This document shows, piece after piece, positions 27,142 to 42,625 of a stretch of 64,000 nucleotides of DNA; position 1 is the first letter of the stretch, and every line of letters begins with the position of its first letter. The notes under the pieces are model-generated. The model saw only the letters and a program-made list of their open reading frames with translations, was not told where the DNA came from and made no database searches. This DNA is from Eledone cirrhosa. Its lineage: Eukaryota. The DNA lies in NCBI GenBank assembly GCA_964016885.1, contig OZ024742.1:82212001-82276000 (forward strand), in the 5' to 3' direction. The translations under genes and the position numbers were made by a program.

Positions 27142-27425
27142 ATACTTTGGGAGGGTCATGTTGCCAAGAAGAAACACACGCACCAGATGCTTTCACTTCA
27201 ATTTATTATAATAAATTTATAAATTTAGGAATTTATAAATTTCCGGTTGGTTGGTTGGTTGGTTCCACAACCAAATGGTTGTTTATATATTGTCGAAGTT
27301 CGTTCGTCACACATACTGTGACCTGTTCAGTGACTGGGGATTCTTTTCTTTGTGTTTGTGCCTCTCCTTTGTTCTGTCCTACGCCATCTTTTTTCTGTGT
27401 GTGTGTTGTGTGATCAGTCTGCGCT
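23599..27425 (-). mobile_element. Near full-length, 3'-truncated PLE of a second clade with family C 5' pseudo-LTRs
   Basis: ORF starts MTLPKYNN at ~26883. RT motifs TDKSG, LYGLRKDHK, RPVCG, MDVVFLYPSID, GAAIG, SRYEDD, LPVLD. Tandem and inverted family C repeats at 26860-27425. Confidence 0.9.
24028..25365 (-). pseudogene. PLE reverse transcriptase core
   Basis: 445-aa ORF with RT motifs. Continues after a frameshift in 23599-23982 (MQFSGY..KIVERPG..C..C). Confidence 0.9.
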
Positions 27426-27471
27426 TAACACATTCAGAAACGAAATATATATATGTATATATATATATATA

Positions 27472-27529
<58 letters not shown>

Positions 27530-27542
27530 TGTGTGTGTGTGT

Positions 27543-27587
<45 letters not shown>

Positions 27588-27654
27588 TGTGTGTCTGTGT
27601 ATGTGTGAGTGTTTGTGTGTGTGTGTGTCTGTGTGAGTATGTATATCTATATAA

Positions 27655-27737
<83 letters not shown>

Positions 27738-28206
27738 TTATATCTGACAAAGCCCGAAGTGTTGGGTTTTGGGAGCAATTATTGAAGCAGTATCTAAAAT
27801 AGCTACTGTCTCGCTCGGCCTCCTCAACGATATGTTTGCTGATTGGTTTGATGAATAAGATGATGACTTTAAACCAATATTTTACGAAAACCATAACCGC
27901 TGTCAATCTTTCAAAGTGCATACTATTTTGCTAGATTATACCACGGCACATATGCCATGTTAAAAAAGGAGTTGCAGCTGTTGAATGCCTAATGGTGTCA
28001 GCAGAATGCTGCTAAAGTTGAAGCACGTGATTCTCACAAGGTGAATACATTATCTACATGTCTGAGAGGATTATTGTCATCGAAAATGCTTCAAAATGCA
28101 CCAATAAAAAGGAAGTGAAAGTTTGATACTAAACTCGGACAAGATATATTGCTCGGCTATTCAGACAAAACCCAACTTAGTACCAATGTTCAGTTCTTCA
28201 GAAGGT

Positions 28207-29150
28207 CTACTTCTTCTTTCTTCATCTTTTCTTCGCCCATGTATTCCTGAGAGGGTCATGGGGGCAGAGTCCTCAAACACCCCTCCAAGAGTGTCCTGTC
28301 AGAAGCAACCGCCTGAAGTTGATCCGGCTGGATCCACAAGCTTGCCCAGCCAAGCTCATGGATGTTATCCAAACATTTTGCTCGGGATCTACTTGTTCGT
28401 TTGGCCCGTAAAATCTGTCCAGTGATTCTTTCCTCGGACATTTTAACCACATACCATAGCATAGGAGCTGTGATCTTTTTAATTCGCAGTAATAGTGGCT
28501 CTTCCTGGAGTTGATTTTCGAGCTACGCACTTTCTCGATAAAGGTTTCTCCAAAGACACTTTGAAGGAACTCCATTTCGGCCGTTGGTATTCGCTATTGT
28601 ATTTGTTCGGTCATTACTCAAGATTCATGACCATAGGTAAGAGTTGGCGCGTAAACCGAATTGAAGACAGCGGATTTGGCCATTACGCCTACCTTCCTTC
28701 TTCTGACTAATGAACGCTAAGGCTGGCGCATTACTGCACCAGCCTTTGTAATTATTGCACTTAATTCAATCTCCTGCCTTTAATATCTCGTGAACACAGC
28801 CCCGAGGTACTTGGACCTCTCTAGCTGCCCCAGTGGCATTCTATTTACATATAGCGTGCACTGCACAGACTTCCTTGAGATAGCGAATGTCTCAGTTTTC
28901 GCAGCAAGGATTTTAATTTCAGCCAGGTATCACTTCACCTCAAACCTATCAAGTGCAAGTCGAAGATCACCTTCTGTAGAGTTGAGTAACACCGTGTCAT
29001 CTGCAAATTCAAGCCGACTGATTTTACACCCACCAGTCTTGATACCACTTCCATCCCAGCTGCGCATGTCACACCTGTTTATGTACATAACACCTGTTTA
29101 TGTACATAATAAACAGGTGATGTGACGGTACGCACCATTTTCTAGTCCGA
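28207..29150 (-). mobile_element. Degenerate RTE-like LINE 3' portion
   Basis: Minus strand ISRLEFADDTVLL..KTE..SKYLG, and SQLLCYG(HV..M)..E. Ends in a (GAA)-rich tail at ~28210. Confidence 0.7.
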
Positions 29151-29681
29151 CTCCCTCATGACGGAATTTACAAAATTATCGCATACAAGATTTATCATCC
29201 CATCATCCGTTCACCTTAGATGCATTCCTCCTTTCTATCTGATATCATTCTTCCCATCTCTAGCCTTCCTCTAATTAAAAAAATTCGTATATCAGTAATA
29301 TATCTACACTATATAGTATTCATACAGATGGTTATATAAGTGTGCGAATGTGCATTACAGAGATACATGCCAGTGGGCGTATGTGAAATTGTATATTGAT
29401 ATGTATTGATAATAATCAGTATTATATATATATAACTAGTAGTCAGACTAGCTTTTGGTTTGTTGATATTTTATTTTTAAATAAATCTAAGGCCGGTTTG
29501 TTACCTCATGAAACCATTGGTTGCTAAGGGAATATCATGTATACGAATTACAAATAAATATTAGAACCCGACAATTTTGCTAATCACACACTCACATATG
29601 ACGTATGTACAAACATACACACATACACGCAAACAGACACACACACACACACACATATATTCATACATACACACATACACT

Positions 29682-31770
29682 ACAGGAAAGCTTTCGATTC
29701 TGTTCCCACTATTGGATGATAGAGGCCCTCCAACTTGCTAAAGTCCAAGACATTATTGTCAGAGCCATAGAGAGGCTGTCTTCCTCTTGGGCTACTATCC
29801 TAAGGTTAAAGACAGAAAGGGAGGACTCTATTTTCACTGATAAATTAAGATATCGCAGGGGTATATTTCAGGGGGACAGTATCTCTGTGATATTATTCAT
29901 CCTGTCATTAAACCACTCGTCCTTTCTGCTCAAGAAATGTGAGTGATACATCATTGGCTCACAGGAGGATAGAAATATGAACCTAACCCATAATTTCTTT
30001 GTGGAAGATCTGAAACTCTATGCCAAGAACATGGATGGGATGAAGAAAAATCTTGACCTGGTTACAACTTTCTCAAAGGATATAGGAATGGAGCTTGGCC
30101 AAGATAAATGCTCATACATAACTGTAAAGCGGGGAAAAACAACAGCCCTAATCTAGCAACATTGTCATCAATGGCCTAACTGTTTCACCGATATCAGATG
30201 AGGACTGCTACAGATACCTGAGGATAGATGAGAACATATCCTATAATGGTATATGTAAGAAGGAACGCGTAACCAGGGAATACTACACCCGATTAAGAAA
30301 GATCTTGTCATCGGAACTCTCTGCGCAAAGCAAAACAATGGCTCATAATGTGTTTGCTGTGCCTGTCCTAACACCAACTTTTGGAATACTCAATTGGACG
30401 ATAGACGAAATCCGAGCAATTGATGTTGGAACTCGAAAAATACTAAACAACACCGGAAACTTCCACATCAACTGTGACATAGACCGCTTTTACTTGAAAC
30501 GTAAGCAGGGAGGCAGAGGCCTAACATCAGTCCAGACAGCATTTGAATGTCGCATCATATCTCTCGGACAACATCTACGAACCTCGAAGCGTATGAGCCC
30601 GTCTCTTGAGCAAGTCTATCTGCATGAAATAGATAAGATCATGAGAGGTGGGAAGGAACTCCTCGAGAGATATTCCCTGTGTGATAATCAAAAATCCACA
30701 CTAGGGAAGTAGCTCAGCAGTATTGCAGTGAATGCATGGATGAACATCTGTATGCTTATCAGCAACAAATCATGCATGGATATGTTGCCAGGAAGCTCCA
30801 GAGTGAAAATAATATAGATAAGGAAAATAGTCTGTCTTGAACCAACAGCCGCTATATTGGCTCCCACTTTGAAGGATACGCTTTTGCAATCCAATAAACG
30901 AAGATCAACACGAAATACCTGAGTTATAAAAGAGATAGGGATGCAGGCAAAACACCTAGATGTGATAACAAGTGCATACTCTTCAGAACTAATATCGAGG
31001 ATATCACCCATGTCATCAGCAGCTGTCCAAAGATGTCATCGCGGTACTATCTACCTATGAGGCATGATGTAGGGGCCTGTACAATGCAGTTCTTAAAAAA
31101 GAAAACTCCGATAAAAAACACATTAAAAACTACAGCAATGTGGAAGACATCCATGTATATAATATGAAAGAGTACTGGTGGAATGTTCCATAATAAACCC
31201 CAATAAAATGCAGGCATAACAGACCAGATATTATGATATGGGACAGGGAGAAGAAAGCATGCACAGTAGTGGAAATTAGCCGCCCACCAGATGCCAATCT
31301 AATATCAAAGATTAGCAAAAAGGAGAATATTTATGCAGAACTGATGAATAATCTCAGAACTGCACCCTGATTACACCTTCAGATTTATGCCTGTTATTAT
31401 TGGGGCACTGGGGTATGTTAGTAACTGCCTCAATACAAATCTTATGAAGCTAGGCTTCACAAGAACAGAAAGAACACACCTAGTTAGCAAATTACAAGTA
31501 CAATACTGGAACAGTAAAAATATGTAAAACATTCCAAAGATGGTGCATCTAATAACTGCATATACACATGCACAGATACATGCACACATACAACTCAAAA
31601 CATCCACATCTACACGTACAATAACATCTATATCTTCACATGCATGCATGCATACATAATCTACCTAGTTGGTGTTTTGTAAATTCCAATGAGAGAGTAT
31701 TGTGTCTATGTTAGAAACCGACTCCCTCTCTATTGTGAAAAAAATTGTGAAATGATGAAACCAGAAGAAC
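29682..31770 (+). mobile_element. 5'-truncated R4/Dong-like LINE (RT plus CCHC plus REL endonuclease)
   Basis: RKAFDS, RGIFQGDSIS, HNFFVEDLKLYA, GGRGL, EDITHVISSC, RHD, HNRPDIMIWD..VEIS, PVIIGALG. Flanked by CA/TA microsatellite. Confidence 0.9.
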
Positions 31771-34700
31771 ATACATACACACATATATGTGGTGGCTGCC
31801 AACTCGTTTTCGAGTACGGCCACTACTTTATATCAATGTAGGAGAACGCCTATCGATGCGCTGAACGAGTGTGACTTTTTAGTCCAGCCAGCGACTTGAA
31901 AACTATTGTACAAACACTACACTTGTGACAATTATTGACACATAGTGCTGCGCCCATGGTACCATGTGACGACAAGTGCAGAGAGATCTCCAGATATAAA
32001 ACAATGCCTGTGCCGTCAAGCTTTTATAGTGAGCAAAGGCACTGCACAAAGCCAGTCCCACTCTCTTAACCAAGATGATATTTACCAAAAAGAAGAACAA
32101 GTCAACATCATTGGATACCATGGTCGGGTCGTTGGCGACTAAACTGGCAACGCCACCAAGGTTTCTTGGTGAGAAGGGTGACTTTGGACATCCTGCAGGA
32201 CTAAAAACAAAACCTGTCAAAGGGCAAAGAAGCTCTTAAGAGTCAATGGCCATCCAAATTCACCGGGAGAGATGACCCCTTAGCCTTTTTTCAAGGCAGA
32301 ATTCTAGGAGAATGAAAACACACATATATACATACATATATACATACATACAGACACATACACACACACATTCTGTGTATTTTGTTAGAAAAAATGTTTA
32401 ACATTTCTGGATTTATTCCAATTATAGGCACATTTCAGAAGCAATGTCATCAGACTCTTTTATATGTACTTTTATGCATAGCAATGGTGACGTGAAATAG
32501 TCTGCGTGTATATGGCATAGTTTATTGTGCAAATCGTTCTCTGGTTTATATATTGTAACGGATATTTTGGTGTGTCTCTGACCAAAGTATTTAAACAAAA
32601 TAGCTAGGCTCAAAATAATTAGCAGTTCAGCGTAGGATTAATTATTTTCATTATTTTGACCAGTCGATAAAGTTACCCAAACATTCGGACTTTTGCAATA
32701 CTGATTTAGATTATTCTTAGGAAATATATTTTGAATGCACAAAGTTAGTCACCATGCTTAATTCTTTCATCCTCCTACATTAATATAGTAAGATTATATT
32801 AGAACACAAGTTCTATGAATTTTTCTGATTCAGAAATTATAAACTATAAGCATGAAATGTATAATATATTTTATATCCCATTTCCAAATTTCGAATCTTT
32901 TGAAATTTCATGAATTAAAATTAGTTTACAGTTATGGGTCAAAGGGTGACAACTTGATCAGACTTTAATTACTTATGCATTGGTGAAACTAAATGTAATA
33001 AGAAAATAAATGTTCTTATTAAAAGTTCCACTGACTTGTATTTTTCTTTGATGGACAGGACATTTTATGACCCTAAATCATTCGATGAATATTCGATCAT
33101 TAATTATATTTAAACTCTTCAGACATATATTTCCCACCCTCATTGTATACAGCTATTCTGATATCGAAATCTAATTAGGAAATATGAATGGTTGATGATC
33201 AATATATTGACGTTTTAAAATGTGAGTTCATAATTGGGGTCTAGATGTAGCTTACAAGACTTAACAAGAGATAATTCCTTGTAAATTAGCTAATATTTCG
33301 CGTCGACAAACATATATGTGAAATTAAGGTAGAATACTCTGAACATTTATATAGATTTATACGACTCGCTAGTATATATATGTATAGCGTTCAACATTTT
33401 AATCACGCTCATTATTTTACAGGAAGTTTCTCATACTAAGGCTAATTTTCTAGCAACGCAAGTATGTTTACTTCGAACATTTGCTATGAATTCCAACTGA
33501 GTTGTTTCACTTCACATACATTTTCCTATTGTTTGACAATGTATATTAAAGTGTGTAAGATTCTTTACTTTTTCACATATTTGCCTAGTATACTGTTAAT
33601 ATGTACATATATTCAAAATGCACTATCAGGAACATCTATTAAATTTTTGTATATTTATGTAAATAGTTCTACACAAGGGTTATGTTTTTCAATAGTACAT
33701 ATGGTAATGATTTTGCTCTGACCTTTTGCTATGAATAATCTACAATCAAATAACACAGATTAACAATATGACTATAAAAATATTATTGTTTGGTCCACCT
33801 TTGTTTTTCAAGCATTATCAAATGTTGGCTTCCGTTATTTAAAATCGGTCGGAAGGAAATGCCTTCCATATAAATGTAACAACTCATTTGAATTGATCAA
33901 CAAAGAGCTTACTGGTTTCAAAGTTGGCCAGTACATTAGAATTATATTTTCTCTCGCATACACGAAGGGTTCTAACCGACTCCCCTTCTTCAGGGCAAAA
34001 TAAGTTTACTTTGATTATTTTTGCAGATTAAATCCATCTGTATATTTCGAGATTTAAGCAGATAAATTTCAATATGTTAGTTATATCTTCATTAAGTTGC
34101 TTACTGTCATTTTATGTTCTATTTTAGTTACTTTGTAATGGGATTTGTAAATATATTCCAGAACAAAACCTGTTAAATTTCACTATTCATGTCCTCATTC
34201 GAATGCCACACGACCGTAAATAAGTAACATCATTTCAAATAGTATACATAATAATTTGCACAGACCCTCAACACAATTAACGTGTATACTCAAGGCAGAA
34301 ATTAATTCAATTTATTTCCTATAATTTATTGCGCATCTATTTTTCTATGTTTAGTTTATATACAATTGAAGTTGAAACAATGCTGTAGATATAAATGAAC
34401 ATTTCAGTATATCTCTCGTCAATTTACAATATTTCTAAAATTATTTGTCTATTTTCCTTAGTAATGCAACGAAATAGAATAATGGAGTAAGAAGCAACAG
34501 GAGAAACATATCCTGATGTACATTTTATCTTAGAGTGTATAATATAAACAAATCAATATATCAAACTGAATACGACGGTACATACTCAAGCTGATATATC
34601 TGAAAATAGGGGTTGATTACAGTTAATGCAACAGCAATGAAGCTCTACAATAAGGTGACTAGCTGCATGATGTATCAGCCACCTGATACAAAGTGACCTC

Positions 34701-37700
34701 CGATGAGATGTACAAAACTTAAACAAGCCATAACAACATTTTTCATTGCATTCTAAACATATTATTGGTCATGGACAAATGTTTTTATCAACTTCTCAGG
34801 TAAACAGTTCAGTGGATTCTAGGAGTGTATTCGTTACATGGCCTCTATTGAAAATAAGTACGTCATTCGCTTCGTGTTGACGAATTCGTATCGCTATTGT
34901 ACACTGTCTCTGTAACGTAAGATTAATTTTCGATAAATATATGTGAAATGGGTACACTACATACATACACACATACATGCATGCATGCATACACGCATAT
35001 ATAAAAACATGCATACATATTTACATACATACATAAATAACCAGTTTCCAAGACTGGTTACAAATATGGCATGGGAGATTATTTATCCAATAGTACTGTC
35101 ACAAATTCCTTGGATGTTGCAGTGCTTATATTTATTGAAGAGACATTCTATACAAAATCCTATAGATAAATGTCTCCAATTTGCGAATGGGAAATATACT
35201 TTTTTAGTTTTAGTTACAGAAGAAACTGGAGCTAAATATCACTTTTCAAAAAGCGTTTCCCTAAAAAACAAATGATGTATTTGATTATAATAAATTGGTA
35301 AGAAAATATATTTTTATTGTCTACAAGAAAAGGATGAAATTAGACTGAGACGACATCACGCTGAGCTAAATTATTTCACGGCAAAACAATTACGCCAACA
35401 ATCAACGGAAAGATAACAATGATGAATTGGATGACGATTGTAACTTTATTTTCAAACATGTGATTCCTCCGCAACTAATAACACTCTACAAATACTCGAT
35501 CAGACACACAATCAAGACGTGCCTCAACAGAGTAATTTACCTAGCTGTCACACTGACCATCCACATTAAACTCCCTTACTATCGCCCGGGAAAATGCCTT
35601 CTTCATTCTTTCCACCGGGGCTGTGAGGCGACCAGCACGTGGGACAGCTTTTGATCACTTTACAGAGAGATGGGGAGGGAACAAGAGAATAGTCGAAATG
35701 GAAATACTTTATAAAAACTTCAGCTAAAATGTATCCTCAATTTATGAGATGCAAATCAATAAATGTCACTAATGTTCCGTCCCAGAGAGAAACGGATTCT
35801 CTCTGTCGGAAATATTAGGTAAGAAAAAGAAGTTTAACAAGGATGCAGTGCGCTTGAAATAAATCTGGGGGAACTAATGGCCCTGCATTATACGAAAGCA
35901 TAGAGTATCAACGTGATACCCCTGAGGCTGATAGAAATAAATCAGGGTAAGAAAGAACTAGAAATAGACTTAATGTTTATATTACACAACATCAACATTG
36001 TATATCATGAACCTATCAAGCTTTCGATGAAGATATAACTGTACCAAAACAAAGAAACTTACTTGCCAGAAGCGACCGACGGATAGCCACCCATAAATTA
36101 ATGTATAAAATGTATACAGCCTGATTGAAACTATTGCTAGTGTGTAATAGAGAAAATAGTAATTCTGTCATAGATGAGTAAACAGTTGAGAAGAAAAAAG
36201 TTCAGGGTTTGTCAAGCATCACGTAGTATGCATAACTTTCATATCAAATGTGTCGCTTCACAAATACACTCTTGAATTCTAGAGGCGCTTCGACACAGAA
36301 AACCTATTTACGTCCTGAGTCACTATCCAGTAGTAAAATGGATGCAAGTACCTTATTAACTGTACTACAAGTGTATCGCTGTGTCGAAATACCAGGTTTA
36401 TATGTGACCATATCTTTACTGTCAGTCATGTACTTGTCTTGTCTTTTAATATAAGGACATACGAAGGGTACATCACAGTTAGAGAATATAAAACACAAAG
36501 GGCCTCTTTTTGAACGAAGTGAAAATGTATCATAAATATTTAAAAGAAGTTATGAAACATAACCCAAGCCTGTCTCAAATGGATGAAGTTTGGCCTCCTA
36601 AAACTAACTCACTACAACCGAGCTATTTTAAAGAAAAATGGATCGTGATCACAGAATGACACTTAGTGTATGATATTGGAATTGATAGAAGCAATATGTC
36701 GTCTCATGTGCATATCATCAAGATGGTAGCAATATGCAGACGGCTTGACGGATACATTCTGAGACCATTCAGAACAAGTGACTCGGAAACTTTGTTGGCT
36801 TTTTGGGGCGTATTTCTTCAGAGGTGTTTAAATTATTGCTTATAACTATGGTCATCACAATGTGTGTACCTGACCGTAGATCTCGAATCAATACAACGAT
36901 TTAACAAAAGTTACATTACCTCAATGCTATCGGGTTTGTAGGCAATGATATATAAATACATAGGAAACGATGAATGTGGATGTTTTTGCCTCAAACTGTA
37001 ACACGTACCTGCGCATAAATATTGATATTGCAGATAATAATAAGGACGCATTCAATATCCAAGTATGGAACTGATACGTATCGTTATATTTTCTAAAAAT
37101 ATCGATTGATGCATATAATAACTGAATCTATTGTGACCATCATAATTATGTTATAAAATGACATTTTATTTCAGGTGTATATGATAATCTGAATGAATGC
37201 TCTCCTGACTAACAAATATGCTTATTTGTCTATACATAAGATCGTATATTGTTTACTTTATGTATGAAACAATAATTACTTTTTCGGATTAATTGCATGC
37301 GATTTCTTTCCTACATTGATCTAATATATTCGAGATATCAATAAAATGAGATTCATTCTAATATCATATATGAGTGATCCATACAAATATTGGATGTGGT
37401 GGATTTAGCAATCGTAGACATCAAGATGAATATTTTCATTGTATAAAACACAATTATTCCAGTCTAGAATGCTGGAAAATTGTTTTCCTCGAGTAACAAA
37501 GAAATATTTGCGAAACTAAAGCTTCATATCTTAAAAGCTAGTAGAAAAAGAGTTAGACGCGCTCTAATCACCCAGTACATTGCTTCTTCTTTACAGTAAC
37601 TTTTAAAACGCATTATTGTTCAATGAGACCTGAATGCCTAAGAAAGTCTGTTTTCGTTGTTGTAAAGCTGATCTTTATAACTTTACGTTATTTGAGGTTC

Positions 37701-38527
37701 AATTCATAATTATAGAAAGGGGAGATTTAGTTGCAATATGACGACATTTTAAGGCCTATTCTGAAATTAGTAACCATCACACTTTGTTTCCATATTCTAT
37801 ACACAGTTTTTCATTTTCCGAAAAATGTAATGATTCAAAGAATACAATATTAATGAATCACTTTGTTTTACATGGTAAATTGTGGACGTATTTCTTTTGA
37901 TCATCACTCTCCTACATTAACTAATGGAAAAGTGTCTCTAACTATTACAAAAGGCACATACTGACAATTATTAAAGCGTACATAAAGATAGTTTATATAA
38001 ACTATATATACGGAATGACAATATATTAATATATGGCAGTATATAGCATAAAATAGCCTGCAATTACCTGCTTCTATTCCTTCTGCTGTGTGATGCAATA
38101 TTTCCTGCGTTTGGTAATTTCATTTCAATTTATTATACTGCTTTACGCACAATCCAATAAACAGTATTTACAGAGTGAACAAAACTTTTACCTTTCACCT
38201 TTTATAGTGTAATTCGCAAAATGCAAATATCTACGGATTTCAATGAATAATATTTTGACACTAACAAACGTTGTCTTACCGATACTATTGTCGTCTGCCA
38301 GAGCAGTGATGCTCATTAGCTGTCTGATAGCTTGAATATGTTTCTCTCCATAACCAGCAATAACAACAATGTCGAAAGTGATATTATTTATTATTATCTG
38401 TATATTGGGCACCATATCCGATGTGTCGGATGCTCATTTACAAATTGGAGTACGCAACTAAATACAAAGTATATACATATGTGTGTGTGTGTATGTGTGT
38501 GTGTGTGTGTGTGTGTGCGTGCTTGTG

Positions 38528-38592
<65 letters not shown>

Positions 38593-38634
38593 TTATATAT
38601 ATATATATATATGTATACACATGCACGCACACAT

Positions 38635-38665
<31 letters not shown>

Positions 38666-38691
38666 AATATATACATATATATATAAATATA

Positions 38692-38809
<118 letters not shown>

Positions 38810-38882
38810 TATGTGTAGAAGTAAACACAGCAAGTCCGGTGTCTAAAATTACGAGGGTAGATTACACCACAACTGTTACATA

Positions 38883-39007
38883 TAATTAAACCTGAATCAT
38901 ATGGGATGTTACAAGATTTCTTATAAGATTTCTCATATATACTAATGGTATGTATGAGAAATCTTATAAGAAATCTTGTAACATCCCATATGATTCAGGT
39001 TAAATTA
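38883..39007. repeat. ~120-bp near-perfect palindrome
   Basis: aacctgaatcatatgggatgttacaagatttcttataagatttctcata...tatgagaaatcttataagaaatcttgtaacatcccatatgattcaggtt. Confidence 0.9.
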
Positions 39008-39009
39008 GT

Positions 39010-39852
39010 CACGGGCGCTCTATCTCAAAATTATTTTTCGTATTCATTTTTTCTTATATATCGTACGAGCATTTATGTAGTTTGCATTAGAATTTATGTA
39101 TTGTAGCGGCACTTTTATATCGTATTAGTATTCATTTTCTTTTCGGGATCTGAATTAATATTTCGTACTAGTTTAGGGTTCTGAATTATTATTTCGTATT
39201 AGGTTTTTTTTAGTATTTTGGCCCCCTACTTGTTGACCTGTCATTGTAAGATAGAGTATGCCGAGTACTACTAGCTCATAAAATTTGTTCACTACAATCT
39301 CGTATTTAGTATCCCGTCCCACCTATTAAACTTATCTATAGTCTAGTGAGAGATTTGATGATTGTGGTAGGGGAATAGTAACCAGAAATTGTGTTTTTTT
39401 ATATTTTTAACATTATTATTTTTCTATATAGATTTACTCCATATAGATCTACTTATTGTTTCGACTTCCTCCCGCCCTCTCCCCCTCTTGACATCTTATC
39501 CTTAGGATTCTGCTGTAGTCGACATTTTCAACGCACGACTGGGTTTCCTCCATTCCCTCTCCCTCTTTCTTCTACTGGCAAGTTCAGCTACCCCTTCCTT
39601 CCACAAAATGCCATGATAGAATTATGTGTCTCAACAACAAACTTTTAACCAATCCTTGTGACAATCACTTTTACCATATATGGAATATTACCCCCTGAGA
39701 AGCTTGGCTAATCATTTACCAGGATAAAAATGTTCATTTAGTCCAGAATTAGCCGTCGAAACGGCTTGAGCTCAGCCGTCGGGGTCCTACTCGTTCATGT
39801 TACCCACTCTACTACCCTAAGTATTGAGTAGTTTGGTGCCTTATGTTCCACA
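39010..39852 (+). mobile_element. Diverged family A PLE 3' UTR with hammerhead at 39690-39785
   Basis: Collinear with 16300-17365 (tagtattttggcccc, ccgtcccacct, cgacttcctccc). HHR core is CTGAGAA. Confidence 0.85.
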
Positions 39853-39924
39853 TTACGGGGTCGGTAAAATAAAGTACCAGTAATGCACTGGGTAATTGAT
39901 GGCCTTGTGCCTAAAGTAGAAACA

Positions 39925-39954
<30 letters not shown>

Positions 39955-39955
<1 letters not shown>

Positions 39956-40402
39956 AAATGTACATACATATATGTATACAGACGTACAGTAATATGTATA
40001 TATACATACATGCACACATATATATATGTACGTATGGATTCACCGAACATTTATTATAATGCTCGGTGTGTTTGTAAACAAACATTTCGAATTAAGCCTA
40101 CAGTGTCTAGCAACCATCGTTGCTCATTTCTTCAACACTGACAAACGAACGCTGTATTAGTTACAAGCTTATTAGCTATCGTCAGCAACGTATACCTTCC
40201 TGCCAGATGGTTGAACGTCTGAAAGTATATACTTTCCTTATGCATATTAACGGCTGAGCAGCCTAATTTGCATATCGAGTGAGTTAATTGACAGAGGTAC
40301 CGAAAACGATAAACGGAAAAAATGAAACGAAATTTCATTTCTATTGAAGTAACAGCCGTACTAAGAGTGAGAAATGAAGTTTCATTTCATTTTTTCCGTT
40401 TA
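39955..40402 (-). mobile_element. Family J non-coding HHR element, decayed copy
   Basis: Reverse complement of 44690-45130. HHR at 40149-40191 has GAAA changed to GTAA. Short inverted 5' arm at 40355-40402. Confidence 0.75.
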
Positions 40403-40490
40403 TATATATATATATGTGTGTATATATACGTATGTTTAGTTTATAATATACTTATGTATGTATGTATGTATGAATGTAGGTATGCATGCA

Positions 40491-40587
<97 letters not shown>

Positions 40588-41255
40588 ACATACATACATA
40601 CATTCATACATACATACATAAGTATATTATAAACTAAACATATGTGGCGGTTTGAGTAGGTAATGTAAGTGCGCATAGTCCGGGAGGTTGTAACGTAAAT
40701 GATGATTGAGCGTTGTGCTTGACGAGGGGTGGGTGAGCAATGGAGCGGTGGAATTTAAAATGGTAAAACGGTAAACGATTGTTTTATGTTCTAATGTTCT
40801 TCTGGATGAAATCAGGTGAAAATAAATTAAAAAGAAGTAAAACAAAAATAAAAATTAACATTAAATTTAAAAGACAAGAGACTGGTATGTTGACTAGGAT
40901 TAGTATCAGTTTACTATATTTACCGTGGACTGGATCGCGAGTCCTAATTACGAACGATGTTGATGGGGTAGGAAGAGGAGTTAGGTGTTTCGCATGTAAA
41001 ATCCTTCATCACATTCTAATCGTTATTTGAAATATTTACATGTCGGAGTATATGTATCGACGTTGCAAATGTTCAGGTCACTCTAGTTGTCAAGAATTGA
41101 TGCGTTCATAAAATGAAATGCATTTCAGTTATTCGGAGACTGACTGCTTATCTGTGTTCTGTTAGCACACATAACCATATACATACAATACACCATACCT
41201 ACTAACATGTTGGTTGAGATACACCAACGCATTATATTATATTATGGTGTAGTAT

Positions 41256-41369
<114 letters not shown>

Positions 41370-41797
41370 TTTATGCTTTGGGAGGGTCATGATGCCAATA
41401 AGAAACACACGCACCAATTGCTTTCACTCCAATTTATTATAAATTAAATTTATAAATTTAATAATTTATAAATTTACGGTTGGTTGGTTGGTTCCACAAC
41501 AGGACGGTTGTTCATATATTGTCAAAGTTTTTCGTCACACATTCTGTCAAAGGAGAGGCACAAAATCAAAAAAAAATCCCCAGTCACTGAAGAGGTCACA
41601 TAATGTGTGACGAAATAAGTTTGACAATATATGGAATCAACCAACCAAACGGTTAATGTATAATAAATAAATTGGAGTGAAAGCATGGGTGCGTGTGTTT
41701 GTTATTGGCAATATGACCCTCCCAAAGCATTAACAATATCGGTTTCAACACACGTTTTCAGATAAAGAATCTTGCTAAACAAATTCAGAAATGAAAT
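41370..41797 (+). mobile_element. Family C pseudo-LTR with inverted arm; HHR at 41583-41625
   Basis: 41372-41548 is inverted relative to 41600-41730. HHR reads gtca-CTGAAGA-ggtcaca-taatg-tgtgac-GAAA-taag-TT-tgac. Confidence 0.8.
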
Positions 41798-41821
41798 ATA
41801 TATATATATATATATATATAT

Positions 41822-42000
41822 AACGAAGGAAATGTGGTAAGGAACCAGGTGGACAATAACGCACCAAAGTACTCAATACTTAGGGTAGTAGAGTGGGTAA
41901 TAGGAACAAGTAAGACCCCGACGGCTGAGCTCAGGCCGTTTCGACGGAATTAGCCGTCGAAACGGCTTGAGCTCAGCCGTCGGGGTCTTACTTGTTCCTA
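41822..42000 (-). mobile_element. Family A mini-insertion (tail plus fold-back arm)
   Basis: 41900-41947 is inverted at 41954-42000. Same termini as the 13381-17391 element. Confidence 0.85.
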
Positions 42001-42007
42001 TATATAT

Positions 42008-42181
42008 ACGCGTGTGCGTGCGTGTGAGAGCTGATGTACGAGGGCATGTAGGCAGGCGCCTGTGGACGCGTATGTTGTTAGTTATATGGTCGTGGGCGTG
42101 TGTGTGTGTGTATACATATACACACACACTCTCATATACACACACACATGGGTGTGTATATGTACATATATGTACATCATG

Positions 42182-42226
<45 letters not shown>

Positions 42227-42625
42227 GTATATATGTATGTGTGTGTATGTATATATGTATATACATGTGTGTGTATGTGCGGGTATATGTGTGTCTGAGT
42301 GACTTGTGAAATACCAAACCCACCATGAACTCATTGAAGTGGACCGAGAGTAGCTGATGAACAGCATGGCAGCAATTATTGGTCGGAATGTATGATGACG
42401 TAGAAAAACAACAGCCAACAGCAGGACAAGCGAAGAAGATGTTTTTTTAAGCTAAAATCCAGTGATAAAATTTGTTCCGAAATTATTTCAAGTGTCCGAC
42501 GAACCTGCAGTTCTAGAATCAGACAGATCCATACAATGATCGTGACTCGAGCTGTCTGCCTGCGAAACACTTGTAACACACAATAAATTGAGTCCAGATG
42601 CATCAGTGATTTTTCGTTTTATATT
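42008..42625 (+). mobile_element. Family H PLE 3' end; HHR at 42492-42579
   Basis: Reverse-complement homolog of 7605-8210. HHR reads gtgt-CCGACGA-acctgcag..ctgcctgc-GAAA-cacttg-TA-acac. Confidence 0.75.

Noticed and set aside
32400-38400. Host exons or a piggyBac-like relic (36250-36950) in the AT-rich unique stretch
   Set aside because: No convincing ORF, domain motif or splice-bounded coding segment could be read; a homology search would be needed.
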